Source: a virus
Taxonomy: Duplodnaviria > Caudoviricetes
DNA: 64,000 nt
Virus record (IMG/VR): IMGVR_UViG_3300049573_000219
Coordinates: 123,034-187,033 of that record
Direction: 5' to 3' (one strand)
Positions 64,000 through 64,000 of the stretch are shown here, piece after piece. Each line of letters begins with the position of its first letter. Position 1 is the stretch's first letter. Under the pieces are notes generated by a model. That model saw only the letters and a list, made by a program, of their open reading frames with translations, did not search any database and was not told where the DNA came from. A program made the translations under genes and the position numbers.

Positions 64000-64000
64000 C

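Noticed and set aside
1-64000. Integrase, att site, transposase, capsid/terminase genes
   Set aside because: None recognised in this window, so prophage versus plasmid versus virion state cannot be decided here.

Overview
High-GC actinobacterial (very probably Streptomyces) mobile DNA, most simply a large siphovirus-like phage or phage-plasmid. Layout: (1) end of a tail module on + (tape measure C-terminus, Dit-like, large tail-tip protein; 1-7007). (2) A long, almost entirely minus-strand block with RuvC-like resolvase, family-A DNA polymerase, primase, RecT-like/Cas4-like recombination pair, UvrD and SNF2 helicases, HU and many small accessory ORFs. (3) Genes resembling Streptomyces plasmid transfer systems (GntR/UTRA regulator, Spd-like membrane proteins, lytic transglycosylase, two NlpC/P60 proteins, FtsK/TraB-like ATPase). 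(4) An isolated + strand lysis cassette (42.2-44.5 kb). (5) An RNA-repair/ncRNA locus at 50.4-55.1 kb: Ro60/TROVE, an Rnl2-type RNA ligase, three tandem Y-RNA-like genes, one tRNA-Ile(GAU) and two tRNA-like RNAs whose anticodon loops are replaced by hairpins. (6) A large beta-helix tailspike-like gene running off the right edge. A palindrome GGCCTAGGCC, similar to the DasR dre box, recurs at about ten sites, mostly in or beside predicted promoters. All calls come from reading motifs by eye; no searches or folding programs were run. Several start codons were moved from the ORF track to the nearest start with an RBS.
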